Shown in pieces: positions 1 to 9,676 of a stretch of DNA of 64,000 bases. Position numbers and translations under genes: made by a program. The notes beneath the pieces were generated by a model. It ran no database searches and had not been told where the DNA came from. It saw nothing but the letters and a program-made list of their open reading frames with translations. Source of the DNA: Pseudomonadota bacterium (GTDB taxonomy: Bacteria; Pseudomonadota; Gammaproteobacteria; Acidiferrobacterales; Acidiferrobacteraceae); contig JAKARI010000007.1 of NCBI GenBank assembly GCA_021819245.1, positions 5,525-69,524 on the forward strand. The letters are read 5' to 3'. Each line of letters begins with the position of its first letter. Within the stretch, counting starts at the first letter, position 1.

Positions 1-22
1 CACGATAAGGAGAGTTTGCCTG

Positions 23-1660
23 ATGAAGATCCAGCGCATCGAAGCCACGCCCTATCCGGATCAACGCCCCGGGACCTCCGGGCTGCGAAAAAAGGTCACC
101 GTTTTCCAAAAGCCGGCCTACCTGGAACTCTTTATTCAGGCCATCTTCGAGGTGCTGCCGGAACGGCACGGCGCAACACTGGTTCTTGGCGGGGACGGAC
201 GCTACTACAATGATCACGCCATCCAGATCATTCTGCGGATGGCCGCCGCGAACGGCTTTGCCCGGGTCGTCGTGGGCCGGCGGGGCATCCTCTGCACCCC
301 CGCCGTATCCCATCTCATCCGCCACCGCAAGACCTTGGGAGGGATCATCCTGACCGCCTCCCATAACCCCGCGGGGCCAGACCATGACTTCGGCGTCAAA
401 TACAATGCCGCCAACGGCGGCCCCGCCCCCGAGCCCTTGACCGAGCGGATCTGGGAGGTCAGCAAAACACTGCATTCCTACCAGATTATCGAGGCCACGC
501 AGGCGATCGATCTGCAAACGCCGGGAAGCACCGGGCTCGGGGACATGATCGTGGAGATCATCGATTCGACCGCCGATTACATCCGGCTGATGGAGGGAAT
601 CTTTGACTTCGACGCGTTATCCCGATTATTGCAGAGCCCCTCGTTTCGCATGCGCTACGATGCCCTAAACGCGGTGACGGGACCCTACGCACAGGATCTC
701 TTTGAGAAGCGCCTCGGCGCACCGCAGGGCTCTGTCGTACAAGGCACCCCGCTGCCGGACTTCGGCGGCCTCCATCCGGACCCAAACCTCATCTACGGAA
801 AATCCCTTGTGGATCCCATGTTCCGCCCGGGGGCGCCGGACTTCGGTGCCGCATCGGATGGGGACGGCGACCGCCACATGATCCTCGGCCGGCAATTTTT
901 CGTAAGCCCCTGCGACTCCCTCGCCGTAATCCTGGCCCATGCCCACCGCATCCCCCACTACCGGGGAAACGTGCGGGGGACCGCCCGGTCTCTCCCCACC
1001 AGTCAGGCGGTGGATGCCGTTGCCGAGACCCTGGGCATTGCCGTCTACGAGACGCCGACGGGATGGAAATATTTCGGCGATCTGATGGACGCCGGCCGCG
1101 TGACATTTTGCGGCGAGGAGAGTTTCGGCGCCGGCTCCAGCCACATTCGGGAGAAGGACGGCTTGTGGGCCGTCTTGTTTTGGTTATCCATCCTCGCCGA
1201 TACCGGGAAGGGCGTGCGAGACATCGTCTATGACCTCTGGCAACGCCATGGGCGCCATTACTTCAGCCGGCATGATTTTGAAAACCTCCCCACGGACAAC
1301 GCCGAAACTCTCTATGACGATCTGCAGAAGGGGCTCGACAAACTCCCCGGGCACAGCATCATGGATACGACCATCCTGAGCGCGGATGCATTCGCGTATC
1401 GAAACCCCATCGACGGATCCGTGACGGACCATCAGGGAATTCGCATCGTCCTTGCCGACACGTCCCGCATCGTGGTTCGCCTGTCCGGGACCGGGACAGG
1501 GGGGGCCACTTTGCGACTGTATTTCGAACGCGTTATGCGCGGCCCGGGGAGGCTGGAGCTTGACTTGCAAACAACGCTTTCGCCATTGATCCAATTCGCC
1601 TATGCGCTCACCGACATCCGCCGCCGGACGGGCCGGACTGCGCCAGACGTGATCACCTAG
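23..1660 (+). CDS. pgm: phosphoglucomutase (alpha-D-glucose phosphate-specific)
   Basis: 545-aa ORF. Phosphoserine loop TASHNPAGPDHDFG, Mg loop SDGDGDRHM, sugar loop GEESFG. AAGGAG lies just upstream of ATG 23. Confidence 0.9.
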   Translation: MKIQRIEATPYPDQRPGTSGLRKKVTVFQKPAYLELFIQAIFEVLPERHGATLVLGGDGRYYNDHAIQIILRMAAANGFARVVVGRRGILCTPAVSHLIRHRKTLGGIILTASHNPAGPDHDFGVKYNAANGGPAPEPLTERIWEVSKTLHSYQIIEATQAIDLQTPGSTGLGDMIVEIIDSTADYIRLMEGIFDFDALSRLLQSPSFRMRYDALNAVTGPYAQDLFEKRLGAPQGSVVQGTPLPDFGGLHPDPNLIYGKSLVDPMFRPGAPDFGAASDGDGDRHMILGRQFFVSPCDSLAVILAHAHRIPHYRGNVRGTARSLPTSQAVDAVAETLGIAVYETPTGWKYFGDLMDAGRVTFCGEESFGAGSSHIREKDGLWAVLFWLSILADTGKGVRDIVYDLWQRHGRHYFSRHDFENLPTDNAETLYDDLQKGLDKLPGHSIMDTTILSADAFAYRNPIDGSVTDHQGIRIVLADTSRIVVRLSGTGTGGATLRLYFERVMRGPGRLELDLQTTLSPLIQFAYALTDIRRRTGRTAPDVIT

Positions 1661-1968
1661 GGCGCGCCCTTTGGCGATGCATGTGATCTCGGGGGGTCAC
1701 CCCATGTCGTCTGCCGCACATTCGGGATGCCTCCCCCAGGAGACGGCAACGTGGCGAAAAGACACCCCGCCCACTGCGCGCCGCCCCACGGGAATGGGCG
1801 CCGGCGTGCCGGCGCCGGCGTTGCGCGGATCGTTTCTCTGCTGCCGGATCCCGCCCGTCCATGATGTGCGGGGCCTAAGCCGCGCGCGGCCCCTCGATCT
1901 TCGTGCCACCCGCAGAACACCCTCCCACACCACCTGTTGAGCCGGCAACACACATAAGGACCCGTCCC

Positions 1969-2733
1969 ATGAAGGAAGAAAAAGACCGTTACGAAAGGGA
2001 ACTCGAAAAACTGCAGATCGAGCTCGTCAAATATCAAAAGCACCTCATCAAAAGCCGCAGCAAAATTCTCGTGCTCTTCGAAGGGCGAGACGCGTCGGGG
2101 AAAGACAGCACCATAAAGAGAATCACGGAACACCTAAGCCCTCGCGAAAGCGCTATCGTTGCCTTGGGCGTTCCCTCCGATCGGGAAAAAAGCCAATGGT
2201 ACTTTCAGCGCTACGTCCCCCATCTCCCGGCGGAACAGGAGTTCGTTCTCTTTAACCGCAGCTGGTACAACCGGGCTGGTGTGGAAAAAGTCATGGGGTT
2301 TTGCACCGATGAACAATATGAGGAATTCTTTTCCGAGGTAAACGAGTTCGAGACCATGCTGACTCGTTCAAAAATTCGTCTTTTCAAAATCTATCTGGAT
2401 ATTTCCAAAGAATGCCAGAAAAAGCGCATGGCATCCAGAAAAACCGACCCCTTGAAGCAATGGAAAGTCAGCCCCATTGACGAAGTTGCCGTCAAGCGCT
2501 GGAAAGACTACTCTAGGGCGAGGAACGTGATGTTCGAACGCTCCCATACCGAGCTCAGTCCTTGGTACATCGTCCATACGGATGACAAGCGGGAGGCGCG
2601 CCTTAATGTGATTCGCGGGCTCTTAAGCAATCTTGACTATTCCGGAAAACGAGAAACGCTCACGGCTCCCGACCCCAGGGTGTTTTTTTGCTACGATCCT
2701 CGGTATCTCGCCAATGGGATGATCGCGCCATGA
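1969..2733 (+). CDS. ppk2: polyphosphate kinase 2 family protein
   Basis: Track ORF is 1903-2733. Family-like sequence starts at internal ATG 1969 (MKEEKDRYERELEKLQ). Walker A FEGRDASGKDSTIK; FNRSWYNR motif. Stop overlaps the gpmI start (ATGA at 2730-2733). Confidence 0.85.
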   Translation: MKEEKDRYERELEKLQIELVKYQKHLIKSRSKILVLFEGRDASGKDSTIKRITEHLSPRESAIVALGVPSDREKSQWYFQRYVPHLPAEQEFVLFNRSWYNRAGVEKVMGFCTDEQYEEFFSEVNEFETMLTRSKIRLFKIYLDISKECQKKRMASRKTDPLKQWKVSPIDEVAVKRWKDYSRARNVMFERSHTELSPWYIVHTDDKREARLNVIRGLLSNLDYSGKRETLTAPDPRVFFCYDPRYLANGMIAP

Positions 2734-4283
2734 GCCCCCCGTCTTCACGCCCCGTTCAGCCGGTGCTGATGGTCATTTTTGACGGGTTTGGGCTCAATCC
2801 CAATCGCGCATTCAACGGTTGGGCCCAGGCCAGGACGCCGCACCTCGATCACTATTTTGCGAGCTTCCCGCACACGGCCCTGCAAGCCTCCGGACGCGCC
2901 TCGGGCCTCCCGGACGGCCAATTCGGGAACTCGGAGGTCGGTCATCTCACGCTGGGCTCCGGTCGCATCCTGCTGCAAGACTTGGTACGCATCTCCGAAA
3001 GCCTGTCCGACGGCAGCTTTGCCCGGATTCCTGCCTGGGAGGCATTCCTGGCAGGGCAAAAGCGCCTCCATCTGGTGGGCATGGTTTCTGACGGCGGCGT
3101 CCACTCGCACATCGATCACCTGCTGGGGATACTACCGCTTGTCGTGGCCGCAGGCGTCTTACCCATCGTCCACATGATTACCGACGGACGCGACACCGCG
3201 CCCCAATGCGCGGGCCTGTTCGCGCAGGTCATCGAAAATCGCCTCCGTGAACTCGGCAAGGGATGCATCGCCACCATCTGCGGCCGGTATACGGCCATGG
3301 ACCGGGCGGGGCACTGGGAGCGGACCCGCCAGGCCTGGGAGGCCCTGGTGCTGGGCAAGGGGCTCACGGCCCAGGACAGTCTTTCGGCGATTCGTGATGC
3401 GCGGACGCGGGGCGAGGGGGACGAATTCATTCAGCCGACACTCATTACCGGTCATCCCGGGGACAATCGCATCGGGCCGACGGAGCCTGTCTTTTTCTTC
3501 AATTTCCGCTCCGACCGGATGCGCCAGCTGAGCGCGGCGCTGGGCATGCCCACGTTTCAGGGCTTCGACCGCGGCCGGGAAGGGGCCCGCCCGGTCTTAT
3601 GCATGACATCCTACAACGATGCTTACCCCTTTCCGGTACTCTTCCCGCCGGAGATCCCCGCGCATGTGCTGGCGGAGGTAGTCAGCGACGCGGGCCTTCG
3701 GCAGTTCCATTGCGCCGAAACCGAAAAGTATGCCCACGTCACCTACTTCTTCAACGGTGGCCGGGAGAAACCCTTCCCCGGCGAAGACCGGGAGATCATC
3801 CCCTCGCCCAAGATTGCCACCTATGACATGCAGCCGGAGATGAGCGCGCCCCAGGTCGCCGATCGTGTCATTGCGGCCCTGGAAGGCGGCCAATACCGGT
3901 TCATCCTGGTCAATTTTGCCAATGGCGACATGGTCGGGCATACCGCCAGGATCCCCGCAATCGTGCGCGCCGTGGAGACCCTGGACCTCCAGTTTCATCG
4001 GGTCGTCCAGGCGGCGAGGCGGGCGGGATATGCCATCATCCTCACGGCCGACCATGGCAACTGCGACGAGATGGTCGACCCCCTGACGGGCGCGCCCCAT
4101 ACCCAGCATACCGTGTATCCGGTTCCTTTCCTCTTGATCTCGGGGCAGCCTGAGCCCCTTGGCATTGGCCGCGGGATTGCCGACGTCGCCCCCACCGTCC
4201 TGCAGATGCTCGGCCTGGCTCAACCCCGCGAGATGACGGGAAAGAGCCTCCTCCTCACCCACGATTCCGGTACCAAGACATGA
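2730..4283 (+). CDS. gpmI: 2,3-bisphosphoglycerate-independent phosphoglycerate mutase
   Basis: Motifs DGFG, GNSEVGH (catalytic Ser), DGGVHSH, TDGRD, NFANGDMVGHT and ADHGN are all present. Start chosen at ATG 2730 (MSPPSS...), inside track ORF 2688-4283. Confidence 0.9.
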   Translation: MSPPSSRPVQPVLMVIFDGFGLNPNRAFNGWAQARTPHLDHYFASFPHTALQASGRASGLPDGQFGNSEVGHLTLGSGRILLQDLVRISESLSDGSFARIPAWEAFLAGQKRLHLVGMVSDGGVHSHIDHLLGILPLVVAAGVLPIVHMITDGRDTAPQCAGLFAQVIENRLRELGKGCIATICGRYTAMDRAGHWERTRQAWEALVLGKGLTAQDSLSAIRDARTRGEGDEFIQPTLITGHPGDNRIGPTEPVFFFNFRSDRMRQLSAALGMPTFQGFDRGREGARPVLCMTSYNDAYPFPVLFPPEIPAHVLAEVVSDAGLRQFHCAETEKYAHVTYFFNGGREKPFPGEDREIIPSPKIATYDMQPEMSAPQVADRVIAALEGGQYRFILVNFANGDMVGHTARIPAIVRAVETLDLQFHRVVQAARRAGYAIILTADHGNCDEMVDPLTGAPHTQHTVYPVPFLLISGQPEPLGIGRGIADVAPTVLQMLGLAQPREMTGKSLLLTHDSGTKT

Positions 4284-4295
4284 TCTTTAAGGAGC

Positions 4296-4652
4296 ATGGT
4301 CATGACCGCTAATGAACGCCTGCAACAGATTCATGAACTGATGGCCCGCCTCAAAGAGACGTACCCTGCGGAGATCAATGCCTTTCTGGGCTTCATGGGC
4401 AAGACGGAAGACAACCCGGCCCTGAGCCGGGCCCAGAAGGAACTGATCGATGTCGCCCTCTCGGTGGCCGCCCAGTGCGAGTGGTGCATCGCCCTGCATT
4501 GCAAAGGCGCCGTCGAGGCCGGCGCCAGCCGCGACGAAATCATGAGTGCGGCCTTCCAGGCGGTGCTCATGCACGGCGGGCCGGCGCTCATGTATCTCGT
4601 TCCTCTGACTCAGACCCTCGATGAACTGCTGCCGGAGACACGCCATGGATAA
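4296..4652 (+). CDS. carboxymuconolactone decarboxylase-family protein with AhpD-type redox signature
   Basis: 118 aa. KELIDVALSVAAQCEWCIALH matches E-X11-C-X-X-C-X3-H exactly. AAGGAG upstream. Stop overlaps the E1-alpha start by 8 nt. Confidence 0.75.
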   Translation: MVMTANERLQQIHELMARLKETYPAEINAFLGFMGKTEDNPALSRAQKELIDVALSVAAQCEWCIALHCKGAVEAGASRDEIMSAAFQAVLMHGGPALMYLVPLTQTLDELLPETRHG

Positions 4653-5709
4653 CACCCACATGACGGGCCTGTTGCGGGACATGCTGCGCGCCCGGGCCTT
4701 TGAGGAGGCCGCCGCACAAAGCTATGCGCAAGGCGAAATCGTCGGCTTCCTGCACCTCTACCCGGGGGAGGAGGCGGTCGCGGTCGGTGTCCTGCACGCG
4801 GCCGAGCCCGGGGACTACATCGTCAGCACCTACCGCGAGCATGTCCATGCCCTGGTGCGAGGGATCCCCGCGCGGGCCATCATGGCGGAGCTCTATGGCA
4901 AAAAAACGGGCGTAAGCGCCGGCATGGGGGGCTCCATGCACATTTTCGACCGGGAGCGGCGCTTTTTAGGCGGCTACGCCATCGTCGGCGAGACCCTTCC
5001 GATCGCCCTTGGGGCCGCCTATGCCGTCGCCTACCGGCGGCTGCCGGAGGCCGTGCTGTGTTTCTTCGGCGATGGCGCGGTGAATCAGGGGACGTTTCAC
5101 GAAAGCCTGAACATGGCCGCCCTCTGGAGGCTCCCCATACTCTTCGTCTGTGAGAATAACCATTACCAGATCGGCACGGAGATCCACCGTCACTCCGCGA
5201 TCACGGACGTCTACAAGCGCGCGTGCGGCTATGGAATCCCGGCCGAACAGGCCGACGGCATGGATGTCCTTGCGGTCCATGCCGCAGCCAGGCGCTTATT
5301 GGATCGGGTCCGCGGCGGCGATGGTCCCCAGTTTCTCGAACTCTCCACCTATCGCTTCCGGGGCCACTCCATGGCCGATCCGGGGACTTATCGCCCGCAG
5401 GCCGAGGTCAAGGCCCACGAGGCGGCCGATCCCATCGCCGCCGCCATTCACGAAATCAGCCTGAGCTATCCCAGCCGGGCGGAACTTGCCGCCTCCGATC
5501 GGGACAGCCTGAAACGCTTCGCGGACCACTGTTGCCAAGGCGGTCATCTGGACGATGCCGCCCTCAAACGCCTGCAGGCGGAGGTCCAGGCCGAAATCGA
5601 TGATGCCGTTCGCCACGCCCGGGAAAGCCCCGCCCCCACGCTGGACGATGCCTGGGATGCGCTCTTGCGCAACCGTCGCTTCGAAACTTTGCTGGAGAAT
5701 CTCCCATGA
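4645..5709 (+). CDS. pdhA: 2-oxoacid (pyruvate/acetoin-type) dehydrogenase E1 alpha subunit
   Basis: TPP-binding region FFGDGAVNQGTFHESLNMAALWRLPILFVCENNHY. GFLHLYPGEEA near the N-terminus. Start uncertain (ATG 4621, 4645 or about 4660). Confidence 0.85.
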   Translation: MDNTHMTGLLRDMLRARAFEEAAAQSYAQGEIVGFLHLYPGEEAVAVGVLHAAEPGDYIVSTYREHVHALVRGIPARAIMAELYGKKTGVSAGMGGSMHIFDRERRFLGGYAIVGETLPIALGAAYAVAYRRLPEAVLCFFGDGAVNQGTFHESLNMAALWRLPILFVCENNHYQIGTEIHRHSAITDVYKRACGYGIPAEQADGMDVLAVHAAARRLLDRVRGGDGPQFLELSTYRFRGHSMADPGTYRPQAEVKAHEAADPIAAAIHEISLSYPSRAELAASDRDSLKRFADHCCQGGHLDDAALKRLQAEVQAEIDDAVRHARESPAPTLDDAWDALLRNRRFETLLENLP

Positions 5710-6701
5710 GCAACGTCTTGTACTGGCAGGCCCTGAACGAGGCCATGGATGCCGAACTGGCCGCTGACGAAACGGTATTCACCGTGGGAGAAGACGTCGG
5801 CCTGTATGGGGGGACCTACCGGGTCACCGAAGGGTTGCTGGCCAAATATGGGGAATGGCGGGTCAGGGACACCCCCATTTCCGAAAACAGCTTTACCGGG
5901 CTCGGGGTGGGCGCGGCCCTCCTGGGGTTGCGGCCCGTCGTCGAAATCATGACGATCAATTTTGCCCTTCTCGCCATGGATGCCATCGTCAACATGGCGG
6001 CCAAAATCCCCTTCATGTCGGGTGGGCAATTTCCCATGCCGCTCACCATTCGTATGCCAGGCGGGGTGGCACGACAGCTCGGCGCCCAACATTCCCAACG
6101 CCTCGAGGCCATGCTCATGGGCATCCCCGGGCTGCGCATGGTCGTCCCTGCCACCCCCCAGGACGCCTATTGGCAACTCCGTCAGGCCATTCGCAGCGAT
6201 GATCCCATCATCGTTTTGGAGCACGAACTCCTGTACTTTCGCACAGGGGAGCTCGACGAGACGGCCGTCGCCCCGCCCCTGCACCAGGCCCGCGTTTCCC
6301 GGCCCGGGCGGGATCTCACCTGCATCACCTATTCGCGCATGGTCTCGCTCGCGCTGGAGACGGCCGAGGCCCTGGCGGCCGAGGGGATCGAGATGGAGGT
6401 CGTCGATCTGCGCAGCCTCGCCCCCATCGACTGGAAGACCTGCGAGCAGTCCGTCTCGCGCACCCACCGCTGCCTGATCGTGGAAGAGGACAACGAGTGC
6501 GGCGGGGTGGGGGCGGAGATCACCGCAACCCTCCAGGCGCGGTCCTTCTTCCAGCTGGACGCACCCATCCGCCGGGTTGCGGGGCTCGATCTCCCCACCC
6601 CCTTCAACGGCGCCCTGGAGGCGCAAAGCATCCCGCAAAAAAAGGATGTCGTGCAAGCGGCCAAGGAGTTAGTGACCAATGCCACGGGGGGCGTGTCATG
6701 A
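5706..6701 (+). CDS. pdhB: 2-oxoacid dehydrogenase E1 beta subunit
   Basis: 331 aa with transketolase-like pyrimidine-binding and C-terminal domains (RDTPISENSFTGLGVGAAL). ATGA overlap with the E1-alpha stop. Confidence 0.88.
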   Translation: MSNVLYWQALNEAMDAELAADETVFTVGEDVGLYGGTYRVTEGLLAKYGEWRVRDTPISENSFTGLGVGAALLGLRPVVEIMTINFALLAMDAIVNMAAKIPFMSGGQFPMPLTIRMPGGVARQLGAQHSQRLEAMLMGIPGLRMVVPATPQDAYWQLRQAIRSDDPIIVLEHELLYFRTGELDETAVAPPLHQARVSRPGRDLTCITYSRMVSLALETAEALAAEGIEMEVVDLRSLAPIDWKTCEQSVSRTHRCLIVEEDNECGGVGAEITATLQARSFFQLDAPIRRVAGLDLPTPFNGALEAQSIPQKKDVVQAAKELVTNATGGVS

Positions 6702-7921
6702 AAAAACCGATCCTCATGCCCGCTCTCTCCGACACCATGCAAACCGGTCGCCTGACCCGCTGGAACAAGTCCGTGGGCGATCCCGTGCGCACGGGGGAAT
6801 CGGTTGCCGAGGTGGAGACCGATAAGGCGATCCTGGATGTGGAGGCCTTTGCCGACGGCTACCTTGCGGGACCGCTCGCCCCCACCGATCAGGATATCCC
6901 CATTCGCCAGACCATCGCCTATATCGCCGATCGCCCCGAAGCCGCGAGCGACGCAACCGCTCAGGCACAAAAGGCCGCCCCCGCGGCGGACCGTGCGGAA
7001 TCCGCACGGCCCCAAGCCGCTTCTCGACCCGCGGGGGATGCCCGCAGGCGCGGACCCGTGACCCCGATCCCGCCACCGGAACCGGCCGCGGAAGGCCGCG
7101 GCCATGCCGCCCCCATGCCCCATTCGCCCCCCTCCGCCGCGCCCGGCGTCGGCGTATCACCCTATGCGCGTGCCTTGGCGCGGGATCTGGGGGTGGATAT
7201 CGCGGAAGCGCAAGCCGGCCCCGACGGCCAAGTCCATGCCCGCCACGTGCTGGCAGTCGCACTGCAACCGCAAGGGGCGGATCTGCGCCTAGGCCCGCCT
7301 TATGAAATCACCCGACCCGGCACACTACGCGCCGCGGTTGCCCGCAACATGAGCGCGACCCTGCAAACGCCGACTTTCCGCATCAGCAGCCGCCTGCCGC
7401 TCGGTCCGCTGCACCAAAAAACGAAGACGAAGAAGGTCAGCCTCACCCTGGCCCTCTCCCGCGCTTGCGCACTGACCGTGGCAGAGGATCCGTGGTTCAA
7501 TCACGCCTGGACCCCTAAGGGCCTGGCCATTCGCAAACGGGTGGATCTGGGCATTGCCGTGGATACCGGCGCAGGCCTCATCACCCCGGTCTTGCGGGAT
7601 GCCGCCAATCGCCCCCTAGAGGAGCTGGCCGAGGATTGGCGAATCCTTTTGGAGAAGGTGAAAAGCGGTCGGCTCGCACCCGAGCATTACCAGGGCGCGA
7701 GCTTCTATCTATCGAACCTGGGCATCTTCCCGGAGGTCGTAGAATTCGATGCCATCGTACCCGCCGGCGCCTCCGCTATTCTTGGCGTATCTGCGCCGGG
7801 CACGGACGGCAACACGACGCTTACCCTAAGCTGCGACCATCGGGTGATCTTTGGTGCCGATGCCGCCCGCTTCCTGCAACGGTTGCGGAAACGGCTTGAG
7901 GATCTCTCGTGGCTGGCATGA
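6698..7921 (+). CDS. pdhC: dihydrolipoamide acyltransferase (E2)
   Basis: Real start MKKPILMPALSD at ATG 6698 (track ORF starts at 6497). Lipoyl-Lys motif VETDKAILDVEA, E3/E1-binding SPYARALARDLGVDI, catalytic SCDHRVIFGADAARF. ATGA overlap with E1 beta. Confidence 0.88.
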   Translation: MKKPILMPALSDTMQTGRLTRWNKSVGDPVRTGESVAEVETDKAILDVEAFADGYLAGPLAPTDQDIPIRQTIAYIADRPEAASDATAQAQKAAPAADRAESARPQAASRPAGDARRRGPVTPIPPPEPAAEGRGHAAPMPHSPPSAAPGVGVSPYARALARDLGVDIAEAQAGPDGQVHARHVLAVALQPQGADLRLGPPYEITRPGTLRAAVARNMSATLQTPTFRISSRLPLGPLHQKTKTKKVSLTLALSRACALTVAEDPWFNHAWTPKGLAIRKRVDLGIAVDTGAGLITPVLRDAANRPLEELAEDWRILLEKVKSGRLAPEHYQGASFYLSNLGIFPEVVEFDAIVPAGASAILGVSAPGTDGNTTLTLSCDHRVIFGADAARFLQRLRKRLEDLSWLA

Positions 7922-8214
7922 TGCAGGCGGGCGCCGGCACCAAGGATCGTCCTCGATCAGGCGTGCCCGCTCGCGGCACGGGGGCGGCAAGGGCGCAGCG
8001 AAGCGGCGCGCCGCGCCCAAGGGACGGGCACCACACCTACGCCCGCGCGGTCATTGCCCTGTTCGCCCGTGAGGCCCCGAAATACCCCTGGGCACCGGCG
8101 ATTTTCTTCAAGGAGCGGGATGGCGCATGATCGCCCGCCATGGCTATCGATTGCCAAGACCCGCGCATCATGACCGGCCGGTTATCGCGCAGCCGCATGC
8201 GAAAGGAGAGTTCC

Positions 8215-9132
8215 ATGCCCTTTGCCCATTTTGACGCCCTGCTCGCCGCAGCGACGGCTCTGCCCCCCATCACCGTGGCGGTAGTCGACGCGGCCGAAGA
8301 CCATGTCCTGCGCGGGGCGTGCGATGCCCAGGCCCAAGGTATCATCCAGCCCATTCTGTTGGGCGATCCCGATGCCATTCGAGGGATGCTCGCCACACTG
8401 GAGAAAGAGTATCCGGGCTGCAGCCAGACGCCGATCGTCGCGGCCGCCACCGCCGAGGAGGCGGCCACCGAGGGCGTGCATCTCATTTCCGACGGCAAGG
8501 CACAGGCCCTCATGAAGGGCTATCTACACACCGATACCTTTCTTCACCCGATTCTCGCAAGCCTGCGTACCGAAAAACGCCTGTCTCATATCTTCGTTGC
8601 CGATATCCCCAGCTATCCAAAACTCCTGCTCATTACCGATGCCGCGATCAACATAAGCCCTGATTTGCCGATCAAGGCGGCCATCCTCCAAAATGCCGTC
8701 GATTTGGCCCGCATTCTCCATGTCGACTTGCCGAAGGCGGCGATCCTCTCCTCCGTGGAGGTCGTGAACCCGGCGATTCCCTCCACGGTCGACGCCGCCT
8801 GCCTCTCGAAGATGGCAGACCGCGGCCAGCTGGCCCATGTCATTGTGGATGGCCCCCTGGCCTTCGACAATGCGATCTCAAAAGAAGCGGCGCGCATCAA
8901 GGGCATCCGCAGCGAGGTGGCGGGGGATACCGACATCCTTCTCGTTCCGGATCTGGTGTCCGGGAACATCCTGGCCAAGGACCTGGAGTACCTGGCCGGG
9001 GCGAGTCTTGCCGGCATTGTCATGGGGGCCAAGGTCCCGGTCGTCCTCACCTCCCGCTCGGATCCCGCCCGCGCCCGTCTGGTTTCCGCGGCACTGGCTG
9101 CCCTCATCGTGCACGCCAAGCCGCCTTCATGA
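8215..9132 (+). CDS. phosphate acetyl/butyryl transferase (PTA_PTB family)
   Basis: Homology starts at MPFAHFDALL (ATG 8215, GAAAGGAGAG upstream). ITDAAINISPD and LLVPDLVSGNILAKDL are typical of stand-alone phosphotransacylases. Confidence 0.8.
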   Translation: MPFAHFDALLAAATALPPITVAVVDAAEDHVLRGACDAQAQGIIQPILLGDPDAIRGMLATLEKEYPGCSQTPIVAAATAEEAATEGVHLISDGKAQALMKGYLHTDTFLHPILASLRTEKRLSHIFVADIPSYPKLLLITDAAINISPDLPIKAAILQNAVDLARILHVDLPKAAILSSVEVVNPAIPSTVDAACLSKMADRGQLAHVIVDGPLAFDNAISKEAARIKGIRSEVAGDTDILLVPDLVSGNILAKDLEYLAGASLAGIVMGAKVPVVLTSRSDPARARLVSAALAALIVHAKPPS

Positions 9133-9676
9133 TGCCGGCTTTCCCCCTCGCGCGCCCGCCGCCATGCGGCCCCCCTCCCGGCGCCGAGTCGTCTCGGGGC
9201 CCATCACCCGGACGCCGCATCGGCCGGCGACCGTACGCGCGCCGGGATGAACGAAGGCCGGCTGGAGCGCGCGGTACCGCCGCATCCGCCCGCGCCCGCG
9301 GGACATTCCGCGCGCGCGGGAATGGGTACGGCGTCTTATCAAGGGCCTCGCGGATCACGGCCTCACAGGCCGCACACACCGCGAGGAATCCGCGGCGGCC
9401 GTGCCGCGGGCATCGGTCATGAACCCCTTCGACACGCGCACTAAAGGCGCGTCGGATTATAATTCGGTTGGGCGCCGCATAATGGGTCGAGGCGTCGGCC
9501 GGGACCGGGCCCAGCGATGTTCGAGGCCGGTATGGTGCGGGCCCTAGGGCGTTGGGGGAAACGCGGGCAGGTCCCCTGCGCTCATGAGGGCGGGGGCGGA
9601 CCGGGCCAGGGGATGGGCGCGCCAAACCGGGACGTCTTTTAAGTCACTCCCCTCACGACAGAAGGAGATCGCCGTC

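Noticed and set aside
5544-6656. Long antisense ORFs opposite real genes. Examples: 5544-6656 vs E1 beta, 16974-18260 vs glgC, 19306-20238 vs pgi, 20248-21303 vs gnd, 27378-28322 vs ybiB, 49678-50925 vs htpG, 63067-63939 vs the pelB-like gene.
   Set aside because: All are low-complexity Arg/Gly/Pro-rich translations without family signatures. The opposite strand carries clear catalytic motifs in every case. This is expected from GC3 bias.
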